From: Methanomicrobiales archaeon
Lineage (GTDB): Archaea; Halobacteriota; Methanomicrobia; Methanomicrobiales; Methanospirillaceae
Assembly: GCA_037137755.1 (NCBI GenBank)
Contig: JBAXJR010000013.1
Coordinates: 1-59,184 of the forward strand
Direction of reading: 5' to 3'
Length of the DNA: 59,184 bases
The notes under the pieces are model-generated. The model was not told where the DNA came from. It searched no databases and saw only the letters and a list, made by a program, of their open reading frames with translations. Both the position numbers and the translations under genes were made by a program. The stretch's first letter is position 1, and the number at the start of each line of letters is the position of its first letter. Of the stretch, positions 11,272 to 21,461 are shown piece by piece.

Positions 11272-14073
11272 ATGATCTCACTTCTGTACGTCGATGATGA
11301 ACCTGATCTCCTTGATGTCGCACGGTTGTTCCTCGAAGATAATAAGCTCTTTAAAGTAGATACCGCCTCTTCTGCGGCCGAATCTATTACCAAAATGAAG
11401 GACACCCGCTATGATGCCATCATTTCAGATTACCAGATGCCGGAGATGGACGGGATAGAATTCTTAAAACATGTTCGGGCAGAAAGCGATATCCCGTTCG
11501 GGCTTTTTACCGGGAAAGGACGCGAGGAAATAGTTATTGAGGCAATCAACCACGGGGCTGATTTCTACCTCCAGAAGGGTGGGGACCCGAAAGCGTTGTT
11601 TGCAGAGCTTTCGCTTAAAATTAACCAGTCTGTCAGGCGGAGGCAGGTCGAGGTCCAGTTACAGGAAAGCGAAAAACGGTACCGTACCGTGATCGAGACG
11701 GTGCAGGACACGATATACCAGTGTAATAACCAGGGGACGGTTACCATGGTCAGCCCGAGCTGGGTGAAACTTCTCGGGTACGAATCATTCGGTGAATGTA
11801 TCGGGAAAAATATCGCTGAAGCATTCTATTTCGACCCATTGCAGCGGGAGGCCTTCCTCAACGAGGTCAACAGCCGTGGGTTCGTAGAAAATTACCCGAT
11901 CACCATGAAACGGAAGGACGGGAGCCCGGTAATTGTTGCCACGAGCAGCCATCTGTATTACGGAGACTCCGGGGAAGTCCTCGGGGTTGAAGGTATTTTC
12001 CGTGATATCACCCGGCAGCACGAGGCGGAGAGGCAGCTGGCTGAAAATCGTGAACACCTCGAGGCGGTCCTCCAGGGCACCCCGATCCCAACGTTCGTTA
12101 TCGACAGCGACCGTTGCCTGGTGTCATGGAACCGTGCGATTGAGGACTATACCGGGATTAAAGCAGAGCACGTACTTGGAAAGCCTCTTGCAGGCCAGGC
12201 ATTTTACAAGTCAGACCGCCCCTCCCTTGCGGATATGATCGTGACCGCAGACGTCGCCGGGATCCCGAAGTGGTACGGTGATAACGCTGCACCCTCCCCG
12301 CTCATCGGGGGGGCATATGAAGCGACCGGTTATTTCCCATCGATGAAAGGTGGGACATGGCTCTTTTTCACGGCAGCCCCTGTTTTAAATTCTGAAGGGA
12401 AGATCATCGGGGCGGTTGAGACCCTGCAGGACATCTCTGTTCAGAAACGGGCAGAAGCTGAACTGCTCCGGAAAAACGAAGAACTCTCTGCTTCCTACGA
12501 GGAGCTTACGGTAACCGAGGAGGAATTACGGCAGAACTACGAGGAACTGGCGATGAGCCAGCAGATGCTGCACGAAAGCGAGACAAGTTACCGGAAACTC
12601 GTTGATAATGCCATCTCCGGGATCTACCGTTCGACACCGGAAGGCTCCTACACGGAAGTCAACCCGGCATTTGCCCGTATATTCGGGTACGAATCTCCGG
12701 CCGATATGAAGGCCGCAATCAGTGATATCCGGCAGCAGGTCTATGTCCACCCCGGGGACCGGGACAGGATCCGTGAACTGGTCGAAAAAGACGGGTATGT
12801 CAGAAATTTCCTTGCAGAATTTCACCACCGGGACGGACACCAGATCTGGCTTTCTGTCAATGTCGTGCCGGTATATGACGGGGAAGGAATGATCCTCTAT
12901 TATGAAGGGACCACTGAAGATGTCACCGGGCGGAAGCTTGCGGAAGAGCAACTGAAACAGAAGACTGATGCCCTGTCCGTTTCATATGAACAGCTCTCGG
13001 TTGTTGAAGAGGAGCTCAGGCAGAATTATGATGAGCTCCGGAAACACGAGGTCGCACTGAAAGGCGAACAGGAATTACTGCATGCGACCATCGAGTCCAC
13101 CAATGCCGGCATTCTTGTGGTTGATGCGAAGGGGAACGTCACCCATTACAATACACGGTTCGGCGTAATGTGGGGTATTCCCGATGATATCCTCGCCAGC
13201 CGTGACGACCACCAGATCACGGACTATATCATCGGGCAACTCGCAGATCCCGGTGCCTTCCTTTCAAAAATTCATGAATTGTACGGGTCCGCTGAACACG
13301 TGAGTGATTGTGTGGAATTCCTCGACGGCCGCATTTTTGAGCGGGAGTCCCTTCCACTGGTCCACAACGGTGCAGTTTCAGGGCGTGTATGGAATTTTTA
13401 CGACGTTACAGAGTTGAAGCGGGCAGAAGAGTTACTGATGGAGAGTAACCTGCAGCTCAACCTGATGACGAACATCACGCGGCATGATATTCTTAACAAG
13501 ATCCTGGTAGTCCTGGGATATGTGAGCCTTTTAAGGTCAAAGACGACAGACCCGGTGATGCGTTCACACCTGGACAAGGTGGAATCTGCTACGGAAGCGA
13601 TAAGGGCCCAGATCGTGTTCACCCGGACATACCAGGAGCTTGGTGCCCGTGAGCCTGCATGGCAGGACCCCGGTGACCTTGTTCAGCGGCTGCAGGTCCC
13701 GGCGAATATTTCGTGTTCGGTGGAACTACAGGATATTGAGATACTGGCGGACCCCATGCTGGAAAAGGTCTTCTACAACCTCCTCGATAATTCGGTGCGC
13801 CATGGCGGGAATGTTACACGGGTCAGGGTATATTCATCGAAACAGGAGGACCCTGTGACCGTGTTCTGGGAGGATAACGGTACCGGTATTCCCGAGTCGG
13901 AGAAAGAGAAGATCTTCGAACGAGGGTACGGGAAAAACACCGGGTTTGGCATGTTTCTTGTCCGCGAGGTACTAAACTTGACCGATATCACCATCAGCGA
14001 GACCGGGACCCCCGGGCAGGGTGCACGGTTCGGGATGAAGGTACCAAAAGAAGCATACCGTTTCAGGAAATAA
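11272..14073 (+). CDS. Hybrid sensor histidine kinase (REC-4xPAS-HK)
   Basis: REC (LLYVDDE, ISDYQMP), multiple PAS/PAC, H-box ITRHDILN, NLLDNS.RHG, EDNGTGI, NTGFGMF. Confidence 0.93.
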   Translation: MISLLYVDDEPDLLDVARLFLEDNKLFKVDTASSAAESITKMKDTRYDAIISDYQMPEMDGIEFLKHVRAESDIPFGLFTGKGREEIVIEAINHGADFYLQKGGDPKALFAELSLKINQSVRRRQVEVQLQESEKRYRTVIETVQDTIYQCNNQGTVTMVSPSWVKLLGYESFGECIGKNIAEAFYFDPLQREAFLNEVNSRGFVENYPITMKRKDGSPVIVATSSHLYYGDSGEVLGVEGIFRDITRQHEAERQLAENREHLEAVLQGTPIPTFVIDSDRCLVSWNRAIEDYTGIKAEHVLGKPLAGQAFYKSDRPSLADMIVTADVAGIPKWYGDNAAPSPLIGGAYEATGYFPSMKGGTWLFFTAAPVLNSEGKIIGAVETLQDISVQKRAEAELLRKNEELSASYEELTVTEEELRQNYEELAMSQQMLHESETSYRKLVDNAISGIYRSTPEGSYTEVNPAFARIFGYESPADMKAAISDIRQQVYVHPGDRDRIRELVEKDGYVRNFLAEFHHRDGHQIWLSVNVVPVYDGEGMILYYEGTTEDVTGRKLAEEQLKQKTDALSVSYEQLSVVEEELRQNYDELRKHEVALKGEQELLHATIESTNAGILVVDAKGNVTHYNTRFGVMWGIPDDILASRDDHQITDYIIGQLADPGAFLSKIHELYGSAEHVSDCVEFLDGRIFERESLPLVHNGAVSGRVWNFYDVTELKRAEELLMESNLQLNLMTNITRHDILNKILVVLGYVSLLRSKTTDPVMRSHLDKVESATEAIRAQIVFTRTYQELGAREPAWQDPGDLVQRLQVPANISCSVELQDIEILADPMLEKVFYNLLDNSVRHGGNVTRVRVYSSKQEDPVTVFWEDNGTGIPESEKEKIFERGYGKNTGFGMFLVREVLNLTDITISETGTPGQGARFGMKVPKEAYRFRK

Positions 14074-14296
14074 ACACGGGCTGGATGAATTTTTTATCGG
14101 GTTTACTTTTTTATTTGTTACTACCATGGCCCCATGTGAGAAATTCCGGCAACAGGGTGGTTTTTCGTCATCACCCTGATGAAAACGGCTAGACATTTTC
14201 TGATGAAAACCCCGGTCATCACCACTACCTGATGCACAATCCATCAGGTTGCAGTTTCAGCGACCTTAATAAGAAAAAAAAGGCAGATGTATACCT

Positions 14297-14464
14297 ATGA
14301 GTGAGAGATACAAGTGCTCGGTTTGCGGGAGGGTCTATGACCCTGCAAAAGGCGACCCCTACGAGAATATCAGTCCTGGCACGGAATTTTCCTGCCTGCC
14401 TGATGACTGGCGGTGCCCGGTCTGCCGTGCTTTGAAAGAAAAATTTTTTCCCGACGTATCATAA
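14297..14464 (+). CDS. Rubredoxin (55 aa; absent from ORF track)
   Basis: Own translation: [55 protein letters not shown]. Two CxxC knuckles and the YDP..GD...I.PGT.F..LPDDW pattern. Confidence 0.92.
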   Translation: MSERYKCSVCGRVYDPAKGDPYENISPGTEFSCLPDDWRCPVCRALKEKFFPDVS

Positions 14465-14634
14465 CCAGGGGAAATTCCCCGGTTTAATGCTTTTTTTTAA
14501 ATAATACACTGTTGGCTGTTAAAAATTTACAAAATTATAATTAGTATTTTGGGAGGTCCAAGTCCCGGGCCGGCCGTCATTTCTGTCGGTTGACCGGGAT
14601 CCCCGATACTTGATTGGATAGGCACGTTCCGGTC

Positions 14635-15090
14635 TTATACTCTGGTCAGGGAGTCTATTGCAACACCGTACTGCGCGCCGGCATGGTGCCAGGTAAGTTC
14701 GATTTCATTACCCGACAATATAATCCCGGATGAATACCCCTCATCTTGTTCTGCCGTAGACAATGTCGTACCTTCGGCTCCGATGACGCCGGCGAAACCT
14801 TCAGTTACCGCAGTGCCGTTCGACACCCATATATAATGGCCTGAGAAGATCCGGCCCTGTTGCCCTGTTACGATCATCGTCATCGTCTGGTTATGATAGT
14901 CCGAAAAGCCGGTATTTTGATCGTATCCCTGCATTGGGCCGCTCCAGGTGCCGGTGATGTTGGGTATAGCTGTAGTATGGGATACCTGTGGTAATGTCGC
15001 TGACTGAGTTGTGGGCGGGGTAATGGCCGTGCAACCGCATGCAAGCACTGCAAGAATGATGACGATAAGAATAGTCAATGTGATCTTCAT
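14635..15090 (-). CDS. Secreted/lipoprotein, hypothetical
   Basis: Signal peptide ending LACGC (lipobox-like), Thr/Pro linker, beta-rich domain 'ITGTWSG'. Confidence 0.75.
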   Translation of the reverse strand: MKITLTILIVIILAVLACGCTAITPPTTQSATLPQVSHTTAIPNITGTWSGPMQGYDQNTGFSDYHNQTMTMIVTGQQGRIFSGHYIWVSNGTAVTEGFAGVIGAEGTTLSTAEQDEGYSSGIILSGNEIELTWHHAGAQYGVAIDSLTRV

Positions 15091-15211
15091 GATTTAGGAT
15101 TCTATGGAAGAGAAGATAAAACCTAACATGCTCATCGATTCCGTAGAAAGATTAAACCATTCTCTTTTTTAGGGAATCGTTATAGTGCTTTAATGTAATA
15201 GTGAACTTGTT

Positions 15212-15502
15212 ATGCCACGTTTTGTACTATTAGGAAAATTGACCTTCAAGGCCCTCGAGGCAATGGAAAACGCAAAAGATCGGGATATTGAAGGGGAAAA
15301 AATCATAAAGGCGGCCGGAGGAGAACTGATCGCACATTACTATACCATTGGTCATTATGATTTTGTTGTCATTGCAGAATTACCCTCGAACGATGCTCTT
15401 GTTAACGTGCTTCTCGAGATCGGTAAATGGGGGACTGTCAGTACCGAAACTATGACAGCCCTGACACCTGAAGAGGTATATAAGGTGGCAAAAGCCCGTT
15501 GA
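15212..15502 (+). CDS. GYD domain-containing protein
   Basis: 'GG.L...YYT.GHYDFVVIAELP...L....G.VSTETMTALT' matches the GYD family pattern. Confidence 0.85.
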   Translation: MPRFVLLGKLTFKALEAMENAKDRDIEGEKIIKAAGGELIAHYYTIGHYDFVVIAELPSNDALVNVLLEIGKWGTVSTETMTALTPEEVYKVAKAR

Positions 15503-15888
15503 AAAATATTCAGCTTCACCAATTATTTCATTCTATTTTTCATTTTTTATTGCTTGATTCAACGGACAATTTTGAAAATTCTGCAATTTGTGTCCGCTGA
15601 CTTCATTGGAACCTATATCAGACCCCCATATCAGGCCACGGGCATAACCCGGTGTGCAATTGCTGAATTTGCCGGTTCGAAACAGGGAACATATGATTTT
15701 TTATTTGGTATAATTTTGCATCATCCCGGAATCCAATACCGCCCGGAGATGAAAAGGTTCATGTCATGCCACCTCCTTTATCAGTTCATCAGGAGGCGGA
15801 CTAAAACAATGAACCATACGATTGTTATGTATCCCTGCATGGCGTGCCAGTCCCCGGTATGGCATGATGTACCGGAGGAGATTGTGAT

Positions 15889-17655
15889 ATGCAGGTGATC
15901 CTCCCTAATCTTCGGAGGATGCTGGTCATCTACAAGGGTGCATGGGGCTGGATTGCCTTATCCCAGGTCTTCATTCTTTTCGGGGCGATCTTCATGCTGC
16001 TCATCCCGCTGCAGATCTCAGCCCTTATTGACAAAGGTGTCCTTGCCGGAGATATCAGTGTCGTGGTTGACAGGTCCCTCGCCATGCTCCTGTTCGCGGT
16101 CCTTGCCGGGGCATTTTCACTGGCGAACCTTTACATCGCGGCCAAAGTGGGAGAAGGAACCGCCCATTACCTGAGAAAAGAGGTATACAAAAAAATCCAG
16201 ACGTTTTCATTCGGGAACCTTGACCGGAACCCTGTCGGGGAACTCCTCGTCCGCCTCACGAGTGATATCTACCAGATCAACATGGCGGCCAGCTATTCTA
16301 TCCGGTTCGCCCTGTATGCCCCGTTTATGATTTTAGTCGCCCTTGTCCTGGTATACATCAGCAGCCCCGGACTGGTCTGGATTTTTGTGGTTGTTATCCT
16401 GATCACTGCGGCCATGTTTGGGATCATCTCGTGGCTGCTCCAGGACCAGTACCGGGCCCGGCAGCAGGACCTTGACAAGGTAAATAACGTGCTCCAGGAG
16501 GACTTTTCGGGGGTGCGGGTAATCAAGGCATTCGTCAGGAAGGACTACGAAAACAACCGTTTCAAAGGGGTAAATGAAAAATTCAGGGCGGCATCGCTTT
16601 CACCCCTCCATACCAGTGCCATCATTCTCCCTGCCATCTTCCTGATCCTTGGGTGCTCCAACGCCCTCGTTATCTGGTTCGGGGGTATGCAGGTCATTGC
16701 CGGGACGATGCAGGTCGGGCAGATCATCGCATTCACCCAGTATTTTTTCTTTATCCTGGGACAGTTATGGATCCTCTCGTTCGTCCTTCCGCAGATTATT
16801 TCCGCGGAAGCGTCTGCAGGGCGACTGGCCGTGCTTATTGATACACAGCCCCTGGTGACTGATTCACCACGGGGGATTATCCCTGACCCTGCCGGTGTGC
16901 AGGGAAGAGTTGTATTTGAGGACGTATCGTTCAGCTACGAGGGAACGGATGGGAAAAATGCGATAAAAAATATTTCGTTTGTCGCAGAACCTGGCCAGAC
17001 GACCGCATTTCTCGGCCCTACCGGTTCGGGAAAATCTACCCTTGTCAACCTTATTCCGAGGTTTTATGACGTTACATCAGGCAGGATCACGATTGACGGG
17101 ACCGATATCCGCGAGATCCCGCAGGACCATCTCCGCGGTATGGTCGATATTGCCCTCCAGGAAAGCGTGCTGTTTTCAGGGACTATACGGGACAATATCG
17201 CCTTTGCGAAGACCGATATGCCCTATGACCTGGTGGTGGAAGCATCAAAGGCAGCCGATGCAGATGGTTTTATCTCGGTGATCCCCGCCGGCTATGATTC
17301 CCACGTGGCCCGCCGGGGTGCGAATTTTTCAGGAGGCCAGAAACAGCGGCTCTCAATTGCCAGGGCGATCGCACAAAAACCCCGCATCCTTATCCTTGAC
17401 GACAGCACGAGTGCTGTTGATGTCGCCACGGAAAGCCGTATCCAGGCGGCCCTGAACGAGGTGATCCCCGGGACGACCCGGTTTATTGTCGCCCAGCGGA
17501 TCAGCACCGTCCTGATGGCTGATACGATTATCCTCCTCGACAAGGGGGAGATCGTCGAAAAAGGAAACCACACAGACCTACTGGCCCGGAGCCCCCTGTA
17601 CAAGGAAATTTTTGAGTCGCAACTGGGTGGTATCAGGAGGGAGGACCTCTCATGA
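15889..17655 (+). CDS. ABC exporter, heterodimeric subunit with degenerate NBD (TM287-like)
   Basis: 6-TM domain plus NBD. Walker A GPTGSGKS, signature FSGGQ, Walker B ILILDD (Asp replaces catalytic Glu), switch AQR (Gln replaces His). Confidence 0.92.
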   Translation: MQVILPNLRRMLVIYKGAWGWIALSQVFILFGAIFMLLIPLQISALIDKGVLAGDISVVVDRSLAMLLFAVLAGAFSLANLYIAAKVGEGTAHYLRKEVYKKIQTFSFGNLDRNPVGELLVRLTSDIYQINMAASYSIRFALYAPFMILVALVLVYISSPGLVWIFVVVILITAAMFGIISWLLQDQYRARQQDLDKVNNVLQEDFSGVRVIKAFVRKDYENNRFKGVNEKFRAASLSPLHTSAIILPAIFLILGCSNALVIWFGGMQVIAGTMQVGQIIAFTQYFFFILGQLWILSFVLPQIISAEASAGRLAVLIDTQPLVTDSPRGIIPDPAGVQGRVVFEDVSFSYEGTDGKNAIKNISFVAEPGQTTAFLGPTGSGKSTLVNLIPRFYDVTSGRITIDGTDIREIPQDHLRGMVDIALQESVLFSGTIRDNIAFAKTDMPYDLVVEASKAADADGFISVIPAGYDSHVARRGANFSGGQKQRLSIARAIAQKPRILILDDSTSAVDVATESRIQAALNEVIPGTTRFIVAQRISTVLMADTIILLDKGEIVEKGNHTDLLARSPLYKEIFESQLGGIRREDLS

Positions 17656-19457
17656 CTGCAACTACTACGGATACTCTTGCGAAGCCGGCAGTGCCGGCCG
17701 GACCGGGAAAAATTAAGTCCCTGCTCCGGGCGATGCGATATCTAGGTTCACGAAAGGCACGGTTTATATCGGTCATTTTCCTGTTCCTCGTGGGCACCAT
17801 CGCCTTCATCTCCCTGTCAGTGATGCTCGGGATTGCCGTCAATTCATTGTCTGCGACGACAGATCCGGGGCAGCTCTACCGGCTCGTTGCGGTTATGGCC
17901 GGGTTGGCGTTTGTTGCCTTTATCACGTATTACCTCGGGTTCCGGATATTTGCGGATGTTACGCAGACTGCCCTGTTCCTGCTCAGGCAGGACCTCTTTG
18001 AACACACGCAGGAGTTGTCGTTACGGTTCTTTGACCGGCAGCCAATCGGGGAACTGATGAGCCGGGTCACCAACGATATCGATGTCGTTACCGCCTTTTT
18101 CCAGCAGCCGCTCGGGACCCTGATCATGGGCATATTCATGCTGGTCACGACCCTGGTCGCGATGCTCCTCCTTGATGCCCGGCTTGCCACGATCGCGGCG
18201 ATTGCCATCCCACTGCTTATGGGGCTCGTATGGCTGCTCTCACGGACGGCAGGACCGTCCTTTGCACTGCTGCAGGAGAAGCTTGCGGACTTGAACGGGC
18301 TGATGGAAGAGACCATCGCCGGGGAAAAGACCATTATCGCGTACCGGCAGCAGGCCCAGGTCAGCGGAAAACAGGAAGAGGTGAGCGAGGGGGCTCGGGA
18401 TACGGCAAGCAGGGCACAGGTCCTCTCCCTCATGATGAACCCGCTTACGGTGCTGGTCACCAATATCAATATCGCACTCGTGGCCCTTGTGGGGTCGGTC
18501 ATGATCATCCATGGAACATTATCTGTCGGGGTCCTGACCACGTTCCTCTCGCTGACCCTGATGTTCGTCCTCCCGCTGGTCACGATATTTGCGAATTACA
18601 ATTTCATCCTCTCGGCTGCTGTGAGTGCCGGGAGGATCTTCTCGATAATGGATGAACAACCGGATGTCATCGACCAGCCCGGTGCCGTCGAGCTGAAACC
18701 CGTCCTCGGGCATGTCGTGTTTAAGGACGTCAATTTCAGTTACGTCCCCGGCAGGCAGGTCCTGAAACACAACAGTTTCGAGGCAATGCCCGGCCAGATG
18801 ATCGGGCTTTGCGGACCTACCGGGGCGGGAAAGAGCACCATCATCAATATCCTGACCCGTTACTATGACATCGACTCAGGGCTGATCGAGATCGACGGAC
18901 AGGACATCTACACCGTTACCCAGGCAAGCCTGCGTAAGCAGATCGGGGTCGTACTCCAGGAGCCCTTCCTCTTCTCGGACACGGTAATGAACAACTTAAA
19001 ATACGGCCGGGAGGGGGCAACGGACGGGGAATGTATTGCCGCTGCAAAAGATGCGAACTGTGATGAGTTCATCACCCGGTTACCGGACGGTTACAACACG
19101 GTGCTCACCGATGGGGGCAGTAACCTCTCCCAGGGACAGCGGCAACTGCTGACTATAGCGAGGGCGATGGTTGCCAACCCGCGGATCCTCATCCTCGATG
19201 AAGCAACGAGTAACGTGGATACAAGGACTGAACGGAACATCCAGGCTGCCATCAGGAAGCTGCAGGAGGGCCGGACCAGTTTCGTGATTGCGCACCGGCT
19301 CAGCACGATCCGCCCGGCACAACAGATCCTCGTGATCAATAACGGGGAAATTGTTGAGCGTGGCACTCATGACGAGATGATGAAGGCGAAGGGGTTCTAT
19401 TACGACCTTTACATGAGCCAGTTCAAGGGAAGGATTGCAGAAATTATTCCGGTATAG
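17652..19457 (+). CDS. ABC exporter, heterodimeric subunit with consensus catalytic residues (TM288-like)
   Basis: TMD plus NBD. GPTGAGKS, LSQGQ, ILILDEAT, AHRLST. ATGA overlap with the upstream gene. Confidence 0.92.
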   Translation: MTATTTDTLAKPAVPAGPGKIKSLLRAMRYLGSRKARFISVIFLFLVGTIAFISLSVMLGIAVNSLSATTDPGQLYRLVAVMAGLAFVAFITYYLGFRIFADVTQTALFLLRQDLFEHTQELSLRFFDRQPIGELMSRVTNDIDVVTAFFQQPLGTLIMGIFMLVTTLVAMLLLDARLATIAAIAIPLLMGLVWLLSRTAGPSFALLQEKLADLNGLMEETIAGEKTIIAYRQQAQVSGKQEEVSEGARDTASRAQVLSLMMNPLTVLVTNINIALVALVGSVMIIHGTLSVGVLTTFLSLTLMFVLPLVTIFANYNFILSAAVSAGRIFSIMDEQPDVIDQPGAVELKPVLGHVVFKDVNFSYVPGRQVLKHNSFEAMPGQMIGLCGPTGAGKSTIINILTRYYDIDSGLIEIDGQDIYTVTQASLRKQIGVVLQEPFLFSDTVMNNLKYGREGATDGECIAAAKDANCDEFITRLPDGYNTVLTDGGSNLSQGQRQLLTIARAMVANPRILILDEATSNVDTRTERNIQAAIRKLQEGRTSFVIAHRLSTIRPAQQILVINNGEIVERGTHDEMMKAKGFYYDLYMSQFKGRIAEIIPV

Positions 19458-19495
19458 GCTGGCGCCGGGAATTAACAAAAGAGGTGAACATCGGA

Positions 19496-20395
19496 ATGAT
19501 CAAGGAAAAAATCATCAGGAAACTTCGTGTTGTACCGGGAAAGAGAATTAAACTGAAAAGCTTTGAAACAGGCTGGGCACAGAACGAGGAGTTGAAGGCA
19601 TATGAGAAGGGTCCGGTTAAGGACCGGGCAGCAGAGATTCTCGAGTCAGGCCGGGCCAACCTTGCTTCGTCACAGGAACTGCTCTGGGCTGATAATACCC
19701 GTTCTGTGCTGATAGTGCTACAAGGCATGGACACGGCGGGCAAGGATGGAACGATCCGGCATGTCATGTCGGGGATGAACCCCCAGGGCTGCAGGGTCTG
19801 TAGTTTTAAGGTCCCTACCACGGACGAGACAGAACATAATTTTCTATGGCGGTATAACCGTGATCTTCCCCGCCGGGGTGAGATCGGGGTATTCAACCGT
19901 TCATATTACGAAGATGTCCTTGTCGTGAAAGTACACCCGGAACTGCTTGACCTCCAGCAGCTCCCGCCCGGAAAGCGGGGTGAAAAATTCTGGAACGGCA
20001 GGTACGAGGATATCAACGCATTCGAACAACATCTCGGGCGAAACGGTACGATTATCCTGAAATTTTTCCTTCATATTTCAAAAGACGAGCAGAAAAAGCG
20101 TATCACGGGACGTCTTGAAACCGAGGAAAAGTACTGGAAATTTTCCCTGTCAGACCTTGCTGAACGGGCATACTGGGACGAATACCAGAAGGTGTATGAA
20201 ACAATGTTTGCCAAAACAAGCACGGATGATGCTCCCTGGTATATTATTCCAGCAGATTACAAGTGGGTGGCAAGGGCCCTGGTGGCGGATATCATCTCCA
20301 CGCGGATACAGTCACTTGGCCTGGAGTACCCGGTGCTATCGGCAGACCAGATGAAAGCAGTTGAATCCGCCCGGGAACAATTACAACATGAGTGA
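19496..20395 (+). CDS. ppk2: Polyphosphate kinase 2, class III
   Basis: Walker A GMDTAGKDG, 'FKVPT..E..HNFLWRY', 'FNRSYYE' (Glu typical of class III), 'APWYIIPAD.KW'. GAGGTG lies upstream of ATG 19496. Confidence 0.92.
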   Translation: MIKEKIIRKLRVVPGKRIKLKSFETGWAQNEELKAYEKGPVKDRAAEILESGRANLASSQELLWADNTRSVLIVLQGMDTAGKDGTIRHVMSGMNPQGCRVCSFKVPTTDETEHNFLWRYNRDLPRRGEIGVFNRSYYEDVLVVKVHPELLDLQQLPPGKRGEKFWNGRYEDINAFEQHLGRNGTIILKFFLHISKDEQKKRITGRLETEEKYWKFSLSDLAERAYWDEYQKVYETMFAKTSTDDAPWYIIPADYKWVARALVADIISTRIQSLGLEYPVLSADQMKAVESAREQLQHE

Positions 20396-21461
20396 CAACC
20401 CGCCGGGCATGAAGGTACCGGGGATACCAGGCTGGACGGACCGCAATTCGCATCTCCCGCACCGGGATGCGGTGCGGTTCGTCATCGCACTTGGGGGAAA
20501 TGCGCTGCTGCAACGGGGCCAGCCGATGACCGCCCAGGTCCAGCGGCAGAATATCCGGAAAGCGGCAGCGGCAATCGCCCCGATCGCGATGTCCCACCAG
20601 CTCATCCTCTCCCATGGCAATGGTCCCCAGGTCGGGCTGCTCTCACTCCAGCAGGTGGCCTACCAGCATGTACTTCACGAGACATCGCACGAATCCTTCG
20701 AATCATACCCGTTTGACCTGCTGGGAGCCGAGACTGAGGGTATGATCGGGTACATGATCGAGCAGGAACTCGGTAACCTGCTCCCGGATACGGTACCGAT
20801 TGCCACGATCCTAACGATGGTTGAGGTTGATCCCGGCGATCCTGCCTTTATGGACCCTGCAAAATTTATAGGCCCGATCTACGTTGAGAAGGACGCAAAA
20901 AGGATTATTGCGTCGAAAGGCTGGACTTTTAAACGGGATGGTGAACAATGGCGACGGGTTGTACCTTCCCCAAAACCTGTCAGGATCCGTGAGATTCGGC
21001 CGATTACATGGCTGCTGGAACGGGGTTCCATTGTCATCTGTGCCGGAGGGGGTGGAATTCCGGTGATTCCCGGGGATGGTATCGAACAGGGGTTTACCGG
21101 GGTGGAAGGTGTCATTGACAAAGACCTTGCCAGCGGGCTGCTGGCGCGGGACCTTGGTGCTGACATGTTCATTATGGTGACCGATACGCCCGGGGTGTAC
21201 CTCAATTATAACAAGCCGGATGCGATGTTGATTCGGCAGACAACCCCGGCGGAGCTCCGGCTGAACAGGGACCAGTTCCCACCCGGGTCCATGGGGCCGA
21301 AAGTCGAGGCCGCGTGTGCCTTCGTTGAGGCGACAGGAAAAACAGCAGCTATCGGGGCGATTTCAGATATAGGAAAGATCTGTACCGGTGAAGCGGGGAC
21401 AATTGTCGGGCCCGGAGCGGGAATAAAACCTGTTTCCAGTTCCATGGAGCATGTGAGATGA
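20388..21461 (+). CDS. arcC: Carbamate kinase
   Basis: [51 protein letters not shown]. Overlaps the ppk2 stop. Confidence 0.95.
   Translation: MSDNPPGMKVPGIPGWTDRNSHLPHRDAVRFVIALGGNALLQRGQPMTAQVQRQNIRKAAAAIAPIAMSHQLILSHGNGPQVGLLSLQQVAYQHVLHETSHESFESYPFDLLGAETEGMIGYMIEQELGNLLPDTVPIATILTMVEVDPGDPAFMDPAKFIGPIYVEKDAKRIIASKGWTFKRDGEQWRRVVPSPKPVRIREIRPITWLLERGSIVICAGGGGIPVIPGDGIEQGFTGVEGVIDKDLASGLLARDLGADMFIMVTDTPGVYLNYNKPDAMLIRQTTPAELRLNRDQFPPGSMGPKVEAACAFVEATGKTAAIGAISDIGKICTGEAGTIVGPGAGIKPVSSSMEHVR

Noticed and set aside
15554-15898. 114-aa ORF upstream of the ABC genes
   Set aside because: TTG start in an AT-rich tract and no family features. Probably the promoter region.
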